In this document: positions 1 through 9,131 of the stretch, one piece after another
How the letters are laid out: the number at the start of each line of letters is the position of its first letter
Numbering within the stretch: the stretch's first letter is position 1
Position numbers and translations under genes: made by a program
Assembly (NCBI GenBank): GCA_937899875.1
Contig: CALBQP010000069.1
Span: 921-64,920, forward strand
Direction: 5' to 3'
Length of the DNA stretch: 64,000 nucleotides
From: an uncultured Clostridia bacterium
GTDB lineage: Bacteria; Bacillota; Clostridia; Christensenellales; Christensenellaceae
The notes under the pieces: generated by a model
What the model was told of the DNA's origin: nothing
What the model saw: the letters and a program-made list of their open reading frames with translations, nothing else
Databases searched by the model: none

Positions 1-725
1 GGATTATCCATCAGCACCCGCGCGCAGCTCAGGCAGGTTTTGAATATCGCTTCGCAAAGCCTGTCGGTCAGCTCGTTGCCCTTGTCCTTTGTAAAGTAAC
101 GCTCGAACGAGTGGGACATGATGTCCACAATGCCATAGGCTGTCTGCGTCTTGGGCAGTGACATGGTCACTTCAGGGTTCTCGATGACAAACTTCGCGCG
201 GTTGATGTCATTATCGCAGAAACGCTTCAGGTTTTCTTCTTCCTTGTTGACAACCGAGCTGTTGGATGTTTCGCTGCCGGAGGCGGGAATTGTCAGTATA
301 ACGCCGATCGGTGTGCTCTTTTGGGGCACGGCCTTCCAAACGCCGTTGCTATCGGCATCATAGAAATCCCACACATCGCCGTCGTACGGGATACCCATTG
401 CGATGCCCTTGGTGGAATCGATGACGCTGCCGCCGCCGACTGCCAGCATAAAATCTACGCCTTCCTTGCGTGCAAGCTCAATGCCTTCATATATCTTGGA
501 AAGGCGCGGGTTGGGCACAACGCCGCCCAGCTCTACAACGCCGAGTCCGGCATCCTTCAGATACCCGATGATTTTGTCGATAAAACCGCTCTCTTTGAGG
601 TATGCGCTGTCATGATGCACCATGACCTTTGTTCCGCCGTACTCCTTGACCCATTTGCCAACCTGCTTTTCGGCCTCTTTGCCTACAATCAGCCGGGAAG
701 GCGCCAAATACGTAAAATCTCTCAT
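1..725 (-). CDS. iron-containing (group III) alcohol dehydrogenase; N-terminal part only, because the gene runs off the left edge
   Basis: This ORF is absent from the ORF track because it has no stop in the window. My minus-strand translation from the ATG at 725 (GGAGG lies 6 nt upstream) reads MRDFTYLAPSRLIVGKEAEKQVGKWVKEYGG... It contains the Fe-ADH hallmark DFMLAVGGGSVIDSTKGIA and TIPASGSE. Confidence 0.8.
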   Translation of the reverse strand, partial: MRDFTYLAPSRLIVGKEAEKQVGKWVKEYGGTKVMVHHDSAYLKESGFIDKIIGYLKDAGLGVVELGGVVPNPRLSKIYEGIELARKEGVDFMLAVGGGSVIDSTKGIAMGIPYDGDVWDFYDADSNGVWKAVPQKSTPIGVILTIPASGSETSNSSVVNKEEENLKRFCDNDINRAKFVIENPEVTMSLPKTQTAYGIVDIMSHSFERYFTKDKGNELTDRLCEAIFKTCLSCARVLMDN

Positions 726-834
726 TTTCATCCTCCGTTTATATTTAATTAAAAGTCGTTGATTATCTGCCTACAAAGTATAGGTGCATGATAGCACACC
801 ATAAAACGAAATTCAATTCATGAATTAAAATAAA

Positions 835-862
835 CCCAGGGGCAAAAGCCCCTGAGTTTTTC
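835..862 (-). terminator. GC hairpin with a U-tract between the Zn-ADH and Fe-ADH genes; an intrinsic terminator or attenuator
   Basis: CAGGGGC (837-843) pairs with GCCCCTG (848-854) around an AAAA loop. On the minus strand it is followed by GGGTTTATTTTAATT. It lies 11 nt past the Zn-ADH stop. Confidence 0.55.
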
Positions 863-872
863 CGTTGTATAA

Positions 873-1928
873 TTATTCTACGTCGCCGTTGGGCAGGAAC
901 AGTATCTTGTTGAAGAAGAATCCGCCCTTGTCGATTTTTTTGAATATGCCGGGTGCGTCGTCCAGCGGCAGCTTGTGGCTAATCATCGGGCCCGCGGTGA
1001 TTTTACCTTCCTTAAACAGCTCCAGGCCGTCGAACCAGTCGGGGCCGGGCCATGGGTCGGTAAACGAGTTCCACGAACCGATCACGGAAATCTGGCCGCG
1101 CATGATGTTATCCACCTGCTTCTCCTCAAGGTCAAGCCCCTTGTGCGAGATGCCCAGCAGCACGACGCGAGCCATTTTGCCTGCGCAGTCGATCGCTTTT
1201 TTCTGCGCGAGGGGCGCGCCGGTAAAGTCGATGACGACATCGGCCATCTGGCCGTTTGTCTCTTTTTTGATTATCTCGTACGGGTCTTCCTTGGATGCAT
1301 CGATCACGATGTCAGCGCCGCATTCTTTGGCAACCTTGATTTTTTCTTCGCCCATATCAACCGCAAACACCTTGCTGGCGCCGCGCGCTTTGGCGATCTG
1401 GATGGCGAAAAGGCCGATTGGGCCCGCGCCGTAAGCAAGGAATATTTCGCCGGGCTTCAGCTTTGCCTGCGCAAGGCCGTGCAGCGCGTTCCCGCAGGGG
1501 TCGGTTGTTGCAGCGTCCAGATAACCGACGTTGTCCGGCACCTGCAGCATGTTGCTCTCGGGCACGGCGACAAACTCCGCCATAGCGCCGTCCCTGCGTG
1601 ATCCGAAATAATCGTAATCCTCGCAGAGGGAATAGATGCCCTCTTTACACCATTTGCACTGGTTGCAGGGGATCAGCGGCGGAACAGTGACCCTGTCGCC
1701 CACTTTGAATTTCTTTACATCTTTGCCCACTTCCACGATCTGGCCGGAAAATTCGTGGCCCAACGTGATGGGGGAAATATACGCGCCGTATTTGTTTGCG
1801 CGGGGAATGTCGGAGCCGCAAACGCCAACCGCCATTACCTTCACAAGCGCTTCATCGTCCTTGGGCTGGGGGACGGGAACGTCCTCTACCCTGAGATCAC
1901 CGGGTTTGTACATCCTGACTGCTTTCAT
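873..1928 (-). CDS. zinc-dependent medium-chain dehydrogenase (sorbitol / galactitol-1-phosphate dehydrogenase-like)
   Basis: Translation reads MKAVRMYKPGDLRVEDVP...GVCGSDIPR...LGHEFSG...CNQCKWCKEG (structural Zn Cys cluster), with the Rossmann motif AYGAGPIG. I chose the start at 1928 (ATG after GAGGAAGG) rather than the track start at 1961. Confidence 0.85.
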   Translation of the reverse strand: MKAVRMYKPGDLRVEDVPVPQPKDDEALVKVMAVGVCGSDIPRANKYGAYISPITLGHEFSGQIVEVGKDVKKFKVGDRVTVPPLIPCNQCKWCKEGIYSLCEDYDYFGSRRDGAMAEFVAVPESNMLQVPDNVGYLDAATTDPCGNALHGLAQAKLKPGEIFLAYGAGPIGLFAIQIAKARGASKVFAVDMGEEKIKVAKECGADIVIDASKEDPYEIIKKETNGQMADVVIDFTGAPLAQKKAIDCAGKMARVVLLGISHKGLDLEEKQVDNIMRGQISVIGSWNSFTDPWPGPDWFDGLELFKEGKITAGPMISHKLPLDDAPGIFKKIDKGGFFFNKILFLPNGDVE

Positions 1929-2176
1929 AAAAAACACCTTCCTCGTTTCTTTTTCTTTCATATATTCTCAGAAAAACGATAGACGTTTTCCCAATATACC
2001 GTTTTGGCGGATGCCTGCGGCTGCCACCGCAAACGGCGCCATGCGCCACACCTGCCGCTTTGTCAGCCTGCCATGCGCTGCGCCCCGTTCCAGGCACAGC
2101 CGCAAAAAACCTGCCGTCCTTTTGCTACTGCGCCGCTCCTGCATTTCCACGTCGTAACGCGAAACGACACAGTACA

Positions 2177-2449
2177 TTATTTTTTTGGCAGAATCAGCTC
2201 CACATCGTCATGGGGACTGGGGATCACATGCACGCCGTACAGGTCGCCTACGCGTTTTGCCGCTGCAGCGCCCGCATCCACAGCCGATTTCACGGCGGCA
2301 ACATCGCCCCGTACCATCACTGTCACCAGGCCCGATCCAATCTGCTCTTTGCCAATCAGCTTGACGTCGGCCGCTTTGACCATTGCGTCCGCAGCCTCTA
2401 TCGAGCCGATCAGGCCCTTTGTCTCTACCATTCCAAGTGCAAGTTTCAT
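2177..2449 (-). CDS. bacterial microcompartment hexameric shell protein (BMC-H, PduA/EutM/CcmK type)
   Basis: The 90-aa product reads [60 protein letters not shown]..., a canonical BMC domain. Confidence 0.92.
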   Translation of the reverse strand: MKLALGMVETKGLIGSIEAADAMVKAADVKLIGKEQIGSGLVTVMVRGDVAAVKSAVDAGAAAAKRVGDLYGVHVIPSPHDDVELILPKK

Positions 2450-2490
2450 TCTCTTTCTCCTTTAACCGTCTGATATGTGCTATTTTCGTC

Positions 2491-2781
2491 TTATTTTGTA
2501 AATACGCGGGCACCTTTGATGTCGATGTTATCGATCACGCCCACAATGGTCTGGTCCACCGGCTTCATGTCGGTGCGCTTTGTTTGCCGCGCCGGGCTGC
2601 CGCCTGTGACAAGCACAACCTCGCCTTCGCCCGCGCCCACAACGTCCACCGCCACGACCATCGGGCCGGTCTCCTCAAATGTACGGAGGTCAATCGGCTT
2701 GATGACCAGCAGTTTAAAGTTATTCAGTTGTTCCGCCTTTTCCGTGCTGACGACGTTTCCCTTGACCCTTGCAACTTGCAT
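2491..2781 (-). CDS. eutN: microcompartment pentameric vertex protein (BMC-P, EutN/CcmL/PduN family)
   Basis: Translation reads MQVARVKGNVVSTEKAEQLNNFKLLVIKPID...VVAVDVVGAGEGEVVLVTGGSPAR...DQTIVGVIDNIDI. The start at 2781 follows GGAAGGTGAAAAT. Confidence 0.88.
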   Translation of the reverse strand: MQVARVKGNVVSTEKAEQLNNFKLLVIKPIDLRTFEETGPMVVAVDVVGAGEGEVVLVTGGSPARQTKRTDMKPVDQTIVGVIDNIDIKGARVFTK

Positions 2782-3029
2782 ATTTTCACCTTCCGAGGCT
2801 GCCTTCCATTTGCGCAAATACCGCCAGTGGAATACAGCTTAATATTTCAGCCTTTGCAACTTTTTTCCGCTCTATTATTATACTATAAACACTATGCAAA
2901 ATAAAGCGGAAAAATATATACAGGGCGGCAATGGGTTTTTTTCCTCCGCAGGGCTTGAAATTTTTTTCTTACATTGGGATTTTTTTAACAAACTTGCCAC
3001 GATTCTTATACCCGCGCACTTTTGTTATA

Positions 3030-3059
3030 TTGTCATCCCCGCGGGGCGGATGCTATAAT
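3030..3059 (+). promoter_or_regulatory. sigma-70-type promoter for the MFS gene
   Basis: TTGTCA (3030-3035), an 18-nt spacer, then TGcTATAAT (extended -10, TATAAT at 3054-3059), about 40 nt upstream of the ORF start. Confidence 0.55.
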
Positions 3060-3094
3060 TTCATTATAGTATTCACCAATTTTTTGGGGGTTGG

Positions 3095-4276
3095 GTGCGT
3101 AGGATGCAGAAAACAGATTTTGGAAAAAAGACGCTGTTGCCGCTTGTGTGCGGCTGCCTTTTTGTTTTTGGCTTTGTGACTGGCGGCGTGCAGCTGGTGC
3201 TGGCTGATATTGCGGGCGAATTTAAGATGCAGTACACGGCCATGGGGTCCATTGTGACAATGTATTTCATTGCCACGCTTTGCATGCCTATTTTGTTTGG
3301 GCATATAGGCGATAAATTCGGCAAAAAAAAGGTGCTGGCGCTGGCGTTTGTGTTCTTCCTTTCCGGTTGCCTGCTGGCAATGTTTGCGCAAAACGCGGCC
3401 GGGCTGTATATCGGCATGTTTGTGATGGGCGCGGGCGTCAGCGTGGGCGAGTGCATGGGTACGGCGGCGCTCTCCGACAGCCATCCTGAACGATCGGAAA
3501 AAAACCTGAACCTCTCGCAGTCCTTTTTTAGCGGGGGATCGGTGGTCAGCCCGTTTATCATCATGGCGCTGATGGGCGCTGGTTTCAGCTGGCGGATTGT
3601 GTACATATCTTCCGCCGTCATTTTCCTCTTCTTTATTCCCCTTCTGAAAATGTCTGCGTTTCCTGTCCGGCCGCCGGAGGGCGGGCACACGCTGGAGCGG
3701 CAGTCGGTGTTCAGCTTGTTGAAATCCAAGATATTGATCGTACTGGTCATTTGCCTGATGATCTATGTGGGGATAGAATCGGGTGTTGCATATTTTGCGG
3801 ATTCCTTCTTTACCGTCGAGCTTGGGCAGCAAGCGTTTAGCGCGGCGGCCATATCGCTTTACTGGCTTGCCGTAACGTTGTCGCGCATACTGTTTGGGGT
3901 TATCAATGTCAACGCGCAAAAAGTGCTGGCAGCGTCGTTTGGGCTGGCCGCGGTTGTGTTGGTGTTCCTGGCAATCAGCACCAACGCGCCTTTGGCGCTT
4001 GCGCTTTGCATTGTGGTGGGCTTTTTGTACGGCCCTATATGGCCCATGCTGGTGGCCCAGGCCGCCAAGCGGTTTACCGCCAGCTCGGGTACTGTCACCA
4101 GTATTATGATGATTGGCGGCGGCGCGGGCGGCGCGCTGGTGCCCGTGTTGATGGGGTTGGTTGCGGACAATGCCGATTTGCGCTGGTCGATGGGCCTGTT
4201 GGTGGTGCTGGCGGTTGTCGCATTCTTCTGCTGTATGCTGGTTTTTCGAAAAAAGCAGACTGCTGCAACGGCATAG
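3095..4276 (+). CDS. MFS transporter
   Basis: The 393-aa product has about 12 hydrophobic segments and the MFS loop motif GHIGDKFGKKKV. The start is ambiguous: GTG at 3095 or ATG at 3104. Confidence 0.85.
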   Translation: MRRMQKTDFGKKTLLPLVCGCLFVFGFVTGGVQLVLADIAGEFKMQYTAMGSIVTMYFIATLCMPILFGHIGDKFGKKKVLALAFVFFLSGCLLAMFAQNAAGLYIGMFVMGAGVSVGECMGTAALSDSHPERSEKNLNLSQSFFSGGSVVSPFIIMALMGAGFSWRIVYISSAVIFLFFIPLLKMSAFPVRPPEGGHTLERQSVFSLLKSKILIVLVICLMIYVGIESGVAYFADSFFTVELGQQAFSAAAISLYWLAVTLSRILFGVINVNAQKVLAASFGLAAVVLVFLAISTNAPLALALCIVVGFLYGPIWPMLVAQAAKRFTASSGTVTSIMMIGGGAGGALVPVLMGLVADNADLRWSMGLLVVLAVVAFFCCMLVFRKKQTAATA

Positions 4277-4402
4277 TTTCCAGCTGGCGGACCGTATTCG
4301 TATATGTATATTCAAAAGGGCAGACGCGGTCAAGCGCTCCTGCCTTTTTTATACTATGCTGTTCATATGTTCATAACCCCAAATGAAGCGGAGGTACACA
4401 CG

Positions 4403-5308
4403 ATGCATGCATGGGAAGCCATTCAAAAAACATTGGATTACATGGAAGAGAACATCGGAAACGAAATTACCATAGAGCAACTTTCTAAAATCGCGGCGCT
4501 CTCACCATTCTACTACCAACGGTTGTTTTCGCGCCTTGTCAAAAAACCTGTGCGGGAATATATCAAGCTGCGCCGGCTGGCCCATGCCAGCGAGATGTTG
4601 CAGGATGGGCGTACTCGCATATTGGACATTGCGCTGGACTGTGGCTTTGGCAGCCATGAAACGTTTACGCGGGCGTTTAAAAACGCGTACGGTATGACGC
4701 CGGAGCAGTACCGTGCCCAGCCCGTGCTGCTCAACCAGTTTGACAAGCCGGACCTGCTGCTGGATTATACAATGATTGACGAGGGTGTTCCGTTGATCAG
4801 CGACGGGCTGGTGCTGGAGCTGAACCGAAAAACGCTGGCACAGCCCATATCATTTTTGGGGGTGACGGGTTTTGTGCCCATTGAAGGGCAAATACCGCTG
4901 GGGGAGGCGACCGGCGTGGATGTGCCCGGAGAGGTTTGGGAACGGTTCCACCGTGAAAAGCACATGATCCCCCGTATCAAGGGTGGGCGCGAGGCGGGAG
5001 TCGCGTACTTTGATGATGCGCCGGCGGGGTACTTTACGTATTTTGCCGGGGCCGAGGTTGCCCCCGGTGCGCACGACGACAGGTTCACGGCATGGCAGCT
5101 CCCTGCAAGGGAGTATATCGTCTGCGGGTTTGAGGCGGAAAATTTTGAGCAGCTTGTCACGGTTGCCATCAACAAGGCGGTCAAGTACAGCGGACGCTGG
5201 CTGGAGCAACACCACCTGACAATGGACGAATATTCGCCCGAGGTGTATTATGACAGCACACCGGAAAGCACATATATGGAACTATGGCTGCCTGCCCGAA
5301 CAATCTAA
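4403..5308 (+). CDS. AraC-family transcriptional regulator with a C-terminal GyrI-like effector-binding domain
   Basis: Translation starts MHAWEAIQKTLDYMEENIGNEITIEQLSKIAALSPFYYQRLFSRLV...CGFGSHETFTRAFKNAYGMTPEQYR. The C-terminal ~170 aa resemble a GyrI-like fold. The ATG at 4403 follows GGAGG. Confidence 0.85.
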   Translation: MHAWEAIQKTLDYMEENIGNEITIEQLSKIAALSPFYYQRLFSRLVKKPVREYIKLRRLAHASEMLQDGRTRILDIALDCGFGSHETFTRAFKNAYGMTPEQYRAQPVLLNQFDKPDLLLDYTMIDEGVPLISDGLVLELNRKTLAQPISFLGVTGFVPIEGQIPLGEATGVDVPGEVWERFHREKHMIPRIKGGREAGVAYFDDAPAGYFTYFAGAEVAPGAHDDRFTAWQLPAREYIVCGFEAENFEQLVTVAINKAVKYSGRWLEQHHLTMDEYSPEVYYDSTPESTYMELWLPARTI

Positions 5309-5322
5309 TACTATTCTCCAAT

Positions 5323-5483
5323 AAAAACGTAGACGTTTTTATTCCGCGCCTTTAGCGCGGGGTTCATTACGCTTTTTGGCGTAATGAACCGGATAAGCCG
5401 TTCAATGCTAAATCCTGCAAAACGGCATATCGTTTTGCATCCGCATTTCATGCGGGAATAGAAAAGTAGTTTTTCTACTTTTC
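5323..5483. other. tandem array of six perfect short hairpins in a convergent intergenic region
   Basis: The six stems are: AAAACG/CGTTTT (5324-5339); CCGCGC/GCGCGG (5344-5360); GGTTCATTACGC/GCGTAATGAACC, 12 bp (5361-5390); GCAAAACG/CGTTTTGC (5417-5438); CCGCAT/ATGCGG (5441-5455); GAAAAGTAG/CTACTTTTC (5461-5483). A seventh, imperfect stem followed by TTTTT lies at about 5503-5535. Confidence 0.8.
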
Positions 5484-5556
5484 TATTGGATATTAGTATA
5501 AAGAAAGGCCGCCACTTCGCTGTGACAGCCTTTTTATATGTCTGAAGCAACTTGCC

Positions 5557-7221
5557 CTAGCTTCCCGCCTCGTCCTTTTCGCGGATTTCGATGCGGCGAA
5601 TTTTGCCGCTGGTGGTTTTCGGCAGCTCGTCCACAAATTCCACCACGCGGGGATATTTATAAGGGGCTGTCGTTTGCTTCACATGTTCCTGCAGCTCCTT
5701 TTTCAGCTCGTCCGAAGGCGACGCGTTTTTGACAAGCACGATGGTCGCCTTGACCACCTGCCCGCGCACCGGGTCGGGCACGGCTGTCACTGCGCATTCC
5801 AGCACCGCGCTGTGTGTCAGCAGTGCGCTTTCCACCTCAAACGGGCCGATGCGGTATCCCGAGCACTTGATGACGTCGTCGTTGCGCCCCACAAACCAAT
5901 AATACCCGTCCGCATCACGCCATGCCGTATCGCCGGTGGAATATGTCCCGCCGGGCCAGCTGGCCTGCATGGCCTTTTCATCCCTGTAGTATTCATGGAA
6001 AAGCCCCGTCGGGTGCTTTTTATCTGTGTTTTTGATGACAATCGTCCCCACAATGCCGTCCTCGCACGGCGCGCCCGTCTCGTCCACAATGTCCAGGTCG
6101 TAAAGCGGAGAAGGCTTGCCCATCGACCCCGGCTTGACGGGGAACCATTGGTCGTAGTTTGCGAGCAGCACACTGGATTCCGACTGGCCGAATCCGTCGG
6201 AAATGGAAAGCCCAGTCGCTTCCTTAAAGCGGTTGAAAACCTCCGGGTTGAGCGGCTCGCCCGCCGTACAGGCGTGGTGCAGTGTGGAAAGGTCGTACTT
6301 TGTCAGGTCTTCCTGAATCAAAAAACGGTAGATGGTGGGGGGAGCGCAAAATGTCGTCAATTGCAGCCGCTCCATTGTTTCCAACGTCTTTTGAGGGTTG
6401 AACTTCTCTGTGTCGTACGCCACGATGACCGCGCCGCAAATCCACTGTCCGTAAATTTTGCCCCAGCCAAATTTTGCCCAGCCGGAATCCGCCATCACCA
6501 GGTGCAGGCCGCCGTCCTCGACACGGTGCCAGTAGTTGGCCGTGACAATGTGCCCCAGCGGGTATTCGTGGTCGTGCAAAATCATTTTGGGCATACCGGT
6601 GGTGCCGGAAGAGAAGTAGATCAGCATCGGGTCGCCATTGCCTGCCGCGTCGGCCGGTTTTGTCCAGTTTTCGGACGCCGATTCCAGGTCCGTCTCCAGC
6701 GAGCACCAACCGTCCGGCACGTCGCCCAGTATGCTGGTGTATTCCAGCGTTGTGCAGTCGAGCCGCGCTTCGTCCACGTGTTTGACAATCTCCGGGTCGT
6801 CCGCCGCGCAAATCATCTTTACATCCGCCGCGTTGCAGCGGTACACGATATCCTTGGCAGTCAGTTGGAACGTTGCGGGGATCACCACCGCGCCCAGCTT
6901 GTGCAGCCCCACCATCAAAAACCAGACTTCGGGCCGCTGCTTGAGCATCAGCAACACCATGTCGCCTTTGCCGATGCCCTTTGCCGCAAACATATTGGCG
7001 GCCTTGTCGCTCATGCGCTTGACGTCGCCAAACGAAAACCGCTTTTCGTTGCCGTCGTCGTCGCACCAGACCAATGCGGGCTTGTTTTGGTCGATCTGCG
7101 CCCACGCATCCACAATGTCATACCCAAAGTTAAAACCTTTGGGTATGTTCAACTTGTAATTTTTCTTGAAATCCTCATAACGGTCAAATTCTATCTGTTC
7201 GACTAATTTATCCAGCAGCAT
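5557..7221 (-). CDS. AMP-forming acyl-CoA synthetase (medium-chain / acetyl-CoA synthetase-like adenylating enzyme)
   Basis: The 554-aa product contains the AMP-binding core motif YFSSGTTGMPKM, plus YSTGD and the C-terminal PKTTSGKIRR. Confidence 0.88.
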   Translation of the reverse strand: MLLDKLVEQIEFDRYEDFKKNYKLNIPKGFNFGYDIVDAWAQIDQNKPALVWCDDDGNEKRFSFGDVKRMSDKAANMFAAKGIGKGDMVLLMLKQRPEVWFLMVGLHKLGAVVIPATFQLTAKDIVYRCNAADVKMICAADDPEIVKHVDEARLDCTTLEYTSILGDVPDGWCSLETDLESASENWTKPADAAGNGDPMLIYFSSGTTGMPKMILHDHEYPLGHIVTANYWHRVEDGGLHLVMADSGWAKFGWGKIYGQWICGAVIVAYDTEKFNPQKTLETMERLQLTTFCAPPTIYRFLIQEDLTKYDLSTLHHACTAGEPLNPEVFNRFKEATGLSISDGFGQSESSVLLANYDQWFPVKPGSMGKPSPLYDLDIVDETGAPCEDGIVGTIVIKNTDKKHPTGLFHEYYRDEKAMQASWPGGTYSTGDTAWRDADGYYWFVGRNDDVIKCSGYRIGPFEVESALLTHSAVLECAVTAVPDPVRGQVVKATIVLVKNASPSDELKKELQEHVKQTTAPYKYPRVVEFVDELPKTTSGKIRRIEIREKDEAGS

Positions 7222-7234
7222 CCATATACCCCAA

Positions 7235-7780
7235 TCATTCGTTTATTACCGTCAAAAACCTTGCGGTCTCTGTAACGGCGCGCTGGCCGTGCGGCACGGC
7301 CGGGTTAAAATATACACTGTCGCCCGCATGCAGGTCAAATTCGCGCCCGCCAATCACCACTTTGATCGTGCCTTCCAGCACATAGTTGAACTCCTGCCCC
7401 GGGTGCGAGACAAGCTCGGCCACTTCGGTGTGGAGCAGGTCGACAATCATCGGCTCCATGTCGCGGTTTTTGAAATTGGCCGCCAGCGCCGTGAACGAAT
7501 ATCCCGCGTACCGGTCTACCTTAACACCTTTGCCGCCGCGCACAATGGTGTATTCGTCCATCCGCGGCGTATCGCCTGTCATCAGCACGGTTGGGTCGAC
7601 GCCAAAGACAGCGGCCACGCCGTAAAGCACGCCGACGGGGATGTCGTCCTCGCCCTGCTCGTACTTGCCGTATTCATCCAGGCTGACGCCTACTTTGTCG
7701 GCAATTTCCTGCTGGGACATATCAAGTATATCCCGCATCTCGCGGATACGTGCCGCGATTTGTAAAATTTGCTCGTTCAT
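7235..7780 (-). CDS. XRE-family HTH regulator with a C-terminal cupin domain
   Basis: The N-terminus reads MSQQEIADKVGVSLDEYGKYEQG (HTH). The C-terminus carries the cupin motif HPGQEFNYVLEGT...GDSVYF...PHG. It sits 13 nt upstream of the acyl-CoA synthetase gene on the same strand. Confidence 0.85.
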   Translation of the reverse strand: MNEQILQIAARIREMRDILDMSQQEIADKVGVSLDEYGKYEQGEDDIPVGVLYGVAAVFGVDPTVLMTGDTPRMDEYTIVRGGKGVKVDRYAGYSFTALAANFKNRDMEPMIVDLLHTEVAELVSHPGQEFNYVLEGTIKVVIGGREFDLHAGDSVYFNPAVPHGQRAVTETARFLTVINE

Positions 7781-7881
7781 TTGCGGTTGCTCCCCATTTT
7801 TTTCATTATTCTACCATAAATCGGGCTTTTTTTATACTGGAAATATACGGAAATTCATTGGTGCGGGGCATGTATCTTAAA

Positions 7882-8122
7882 AGGGAGTTCTTAGAACCGT
7901 AGGTTCTAGCTTTGCATAGCTTCCTCTGGCAAAATCAAAGATTTTGAGTGTCACCTAAGTCGGCGCAGCCGAAATATCTACAGCGGTCTAACTTAATATC
8001 GGTTGAATCAGACGTGTGAGAAACCGCTTGCATATGCAATTTATACCAAAAGTTTGTTACCAACCTCTTGACAAATTGCTATAAATTGCGCCGCAGGCTT
8101 CTTGACCTCAAAGGAATACTCA
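7882..8122 (+). repeat. dispersed intergenic repeat family 1, copy A (a composite copy with a ~110 bp internal insertion)
   Basis: GGGAGTTCTTAGAACCGTAGGTTCTAG, CTAAGTCGGCGCAGCCGAAATATCTA and CGCCGCAGGCTTCTTGACCTCAAAGGAATACTC align module by module with copies B and D. Confidence 0.7.
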
Positions 8123-8280
8123 TCAGTTGACAAAGACCTATTTTTTATCTTCGCTTCTCATACCACAAAAAGCGTCATAACAATCAACTTATAAAAAATT
8201 TCCCAACTGCTGCTGGTTATCCGTCCACACAATGGGTATAGTATATTTATACATTTCTACATTTCAAGGTGGTGATATCA

Positions 8281-9108
8281 ATGCCGATCTCAAGCGCGTA
8301 CGCGGTGCCCCATCCGCCGTTGATTATTCCCGAAGTGGGCCGGGGTGACGAGAAGAAAATTTCCGCAACAATTCGCTCTTATTTGCAGGTGGCCGATTAT
8401 ATCGCGGGCGAACAGCCCGAGACCATTGTGATCGTATCGCCCCATGCGGAATCGTATATGGATTATTTTCATATAGAATCACAGGCGCGCGCCCGCGGCG
8501 ACATGCGGCGGTTTGGTGTGGACGGCGTCAGTGTGGAGGCGGAATACGATCAGGCGTTTATTGGGGAGTTGAGCACGCTCGCGAGCGAAAACGATTTTCC
8601 TGCGGGGGTGCAGGGCCGCAAGGGCGAAGCGCTCGACCATGCTACCATGATTCCGCTGTACTTCATCAACCGGGTGTACGACCGATACAAGCTGGTGGTG
8701 TCCGGCGTATCGGGGTTGCCGCCCGAGGATCATTACCGGCTGGGCATGCTGATATCCGAGGCAAGCCGGCGGCTGGATAAAAAAACAGTATTTATCGCGA
8801 GCGGCGATCTTTCACATCGGCTGCTGGACGAGGGCCCTTACGGATTTACAGAGGAAGGGCCTGTATTTGACAGGCAGGTGACCGAAGCGCTGGGGCGTGC
8901 GGATTTTGCCGCGTTGCTGCAAATGGATCCCGACCTGTGCGACCGCGCGGGGGAATGCGGCCTGCGGACTTTTCAGGTGATGGCGGGCGCGCTGGACGGC
9001 ATGGCGGTCAAATCCGAGCTGCTGTCGTATGAGGGGCCGTTTGGCGTGGGCTATGGCGTTGCGATGTTTTTTGTGACGGGCGACGACCCGTCCCGGAAGT
9101 TTATTTGA
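8281..9108 (+). CDS. LigB/Memo-superfamily (class III extradiol dioxygenase-like) protein; the protein-B-like partner of an AmmeMemoRadiSam system
   Basis: Translation reads MPISSAYAVPHPPLIIPE...IVSPHAES...LDHATMIPL...ASGDLSHRL...ECG. The ATG at 8281 follows AAGGTGGTGA. It is immediately followed by AMMECR1 and radical SAM genes. Confidence 0.65.
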   Translation: MPISSAYAVPHPPLIIPEVGRGDEKKISATIRSYLQVADYIAGEQPETIVIVSPHAESYMDYFHIESQARARGDMRRFGVDGVSVEAEYDQAFIGELSTLASENDFPAGVQGRKGEALDHATMIPLYFINRVYDRYKLVVSGVSGLPPEDHYRLGMLISEASRRLDKKTVFIASGDLSHRLLDEGPYGFTEEGPVFDRQVTEALGRADFAALLQMDPDLCDRAGECGLRTFQVMAGALDGMAVKSELLSYEGPFGVGYGVAMFFVTGDDPSRKFI

Positions 9109-9131
9109 ATTTTGGAAAGGGAGGAATTGTT

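Noticed and set aside
3053-4333. A 426-aa minus-strand ORF opposite the MFS gene.
   Set aside because: Its composition is extremely rich in Arg, His, Gln and Lys and shows no fold pattern. The plus-strand frame encodes a clean 12-TM MFS transporter. This is a typical shadow ORF in GC-rich DNA.
5323-5483. The hairpin array read as a CRISPR array or a tandem repeat.
   Set aside because: The stems all differ in sequence. There is no constant repeat unit, no regular spacing, and no cas genes in the window.
5674-7206. A 510-aa plus-strand ORF opposite the acyl-CoA synthetase gene.
   Set aside because: The translation is Arg/Val/His-rich nonsense. The minus-strand frame carries all the AMP-binding motifs.
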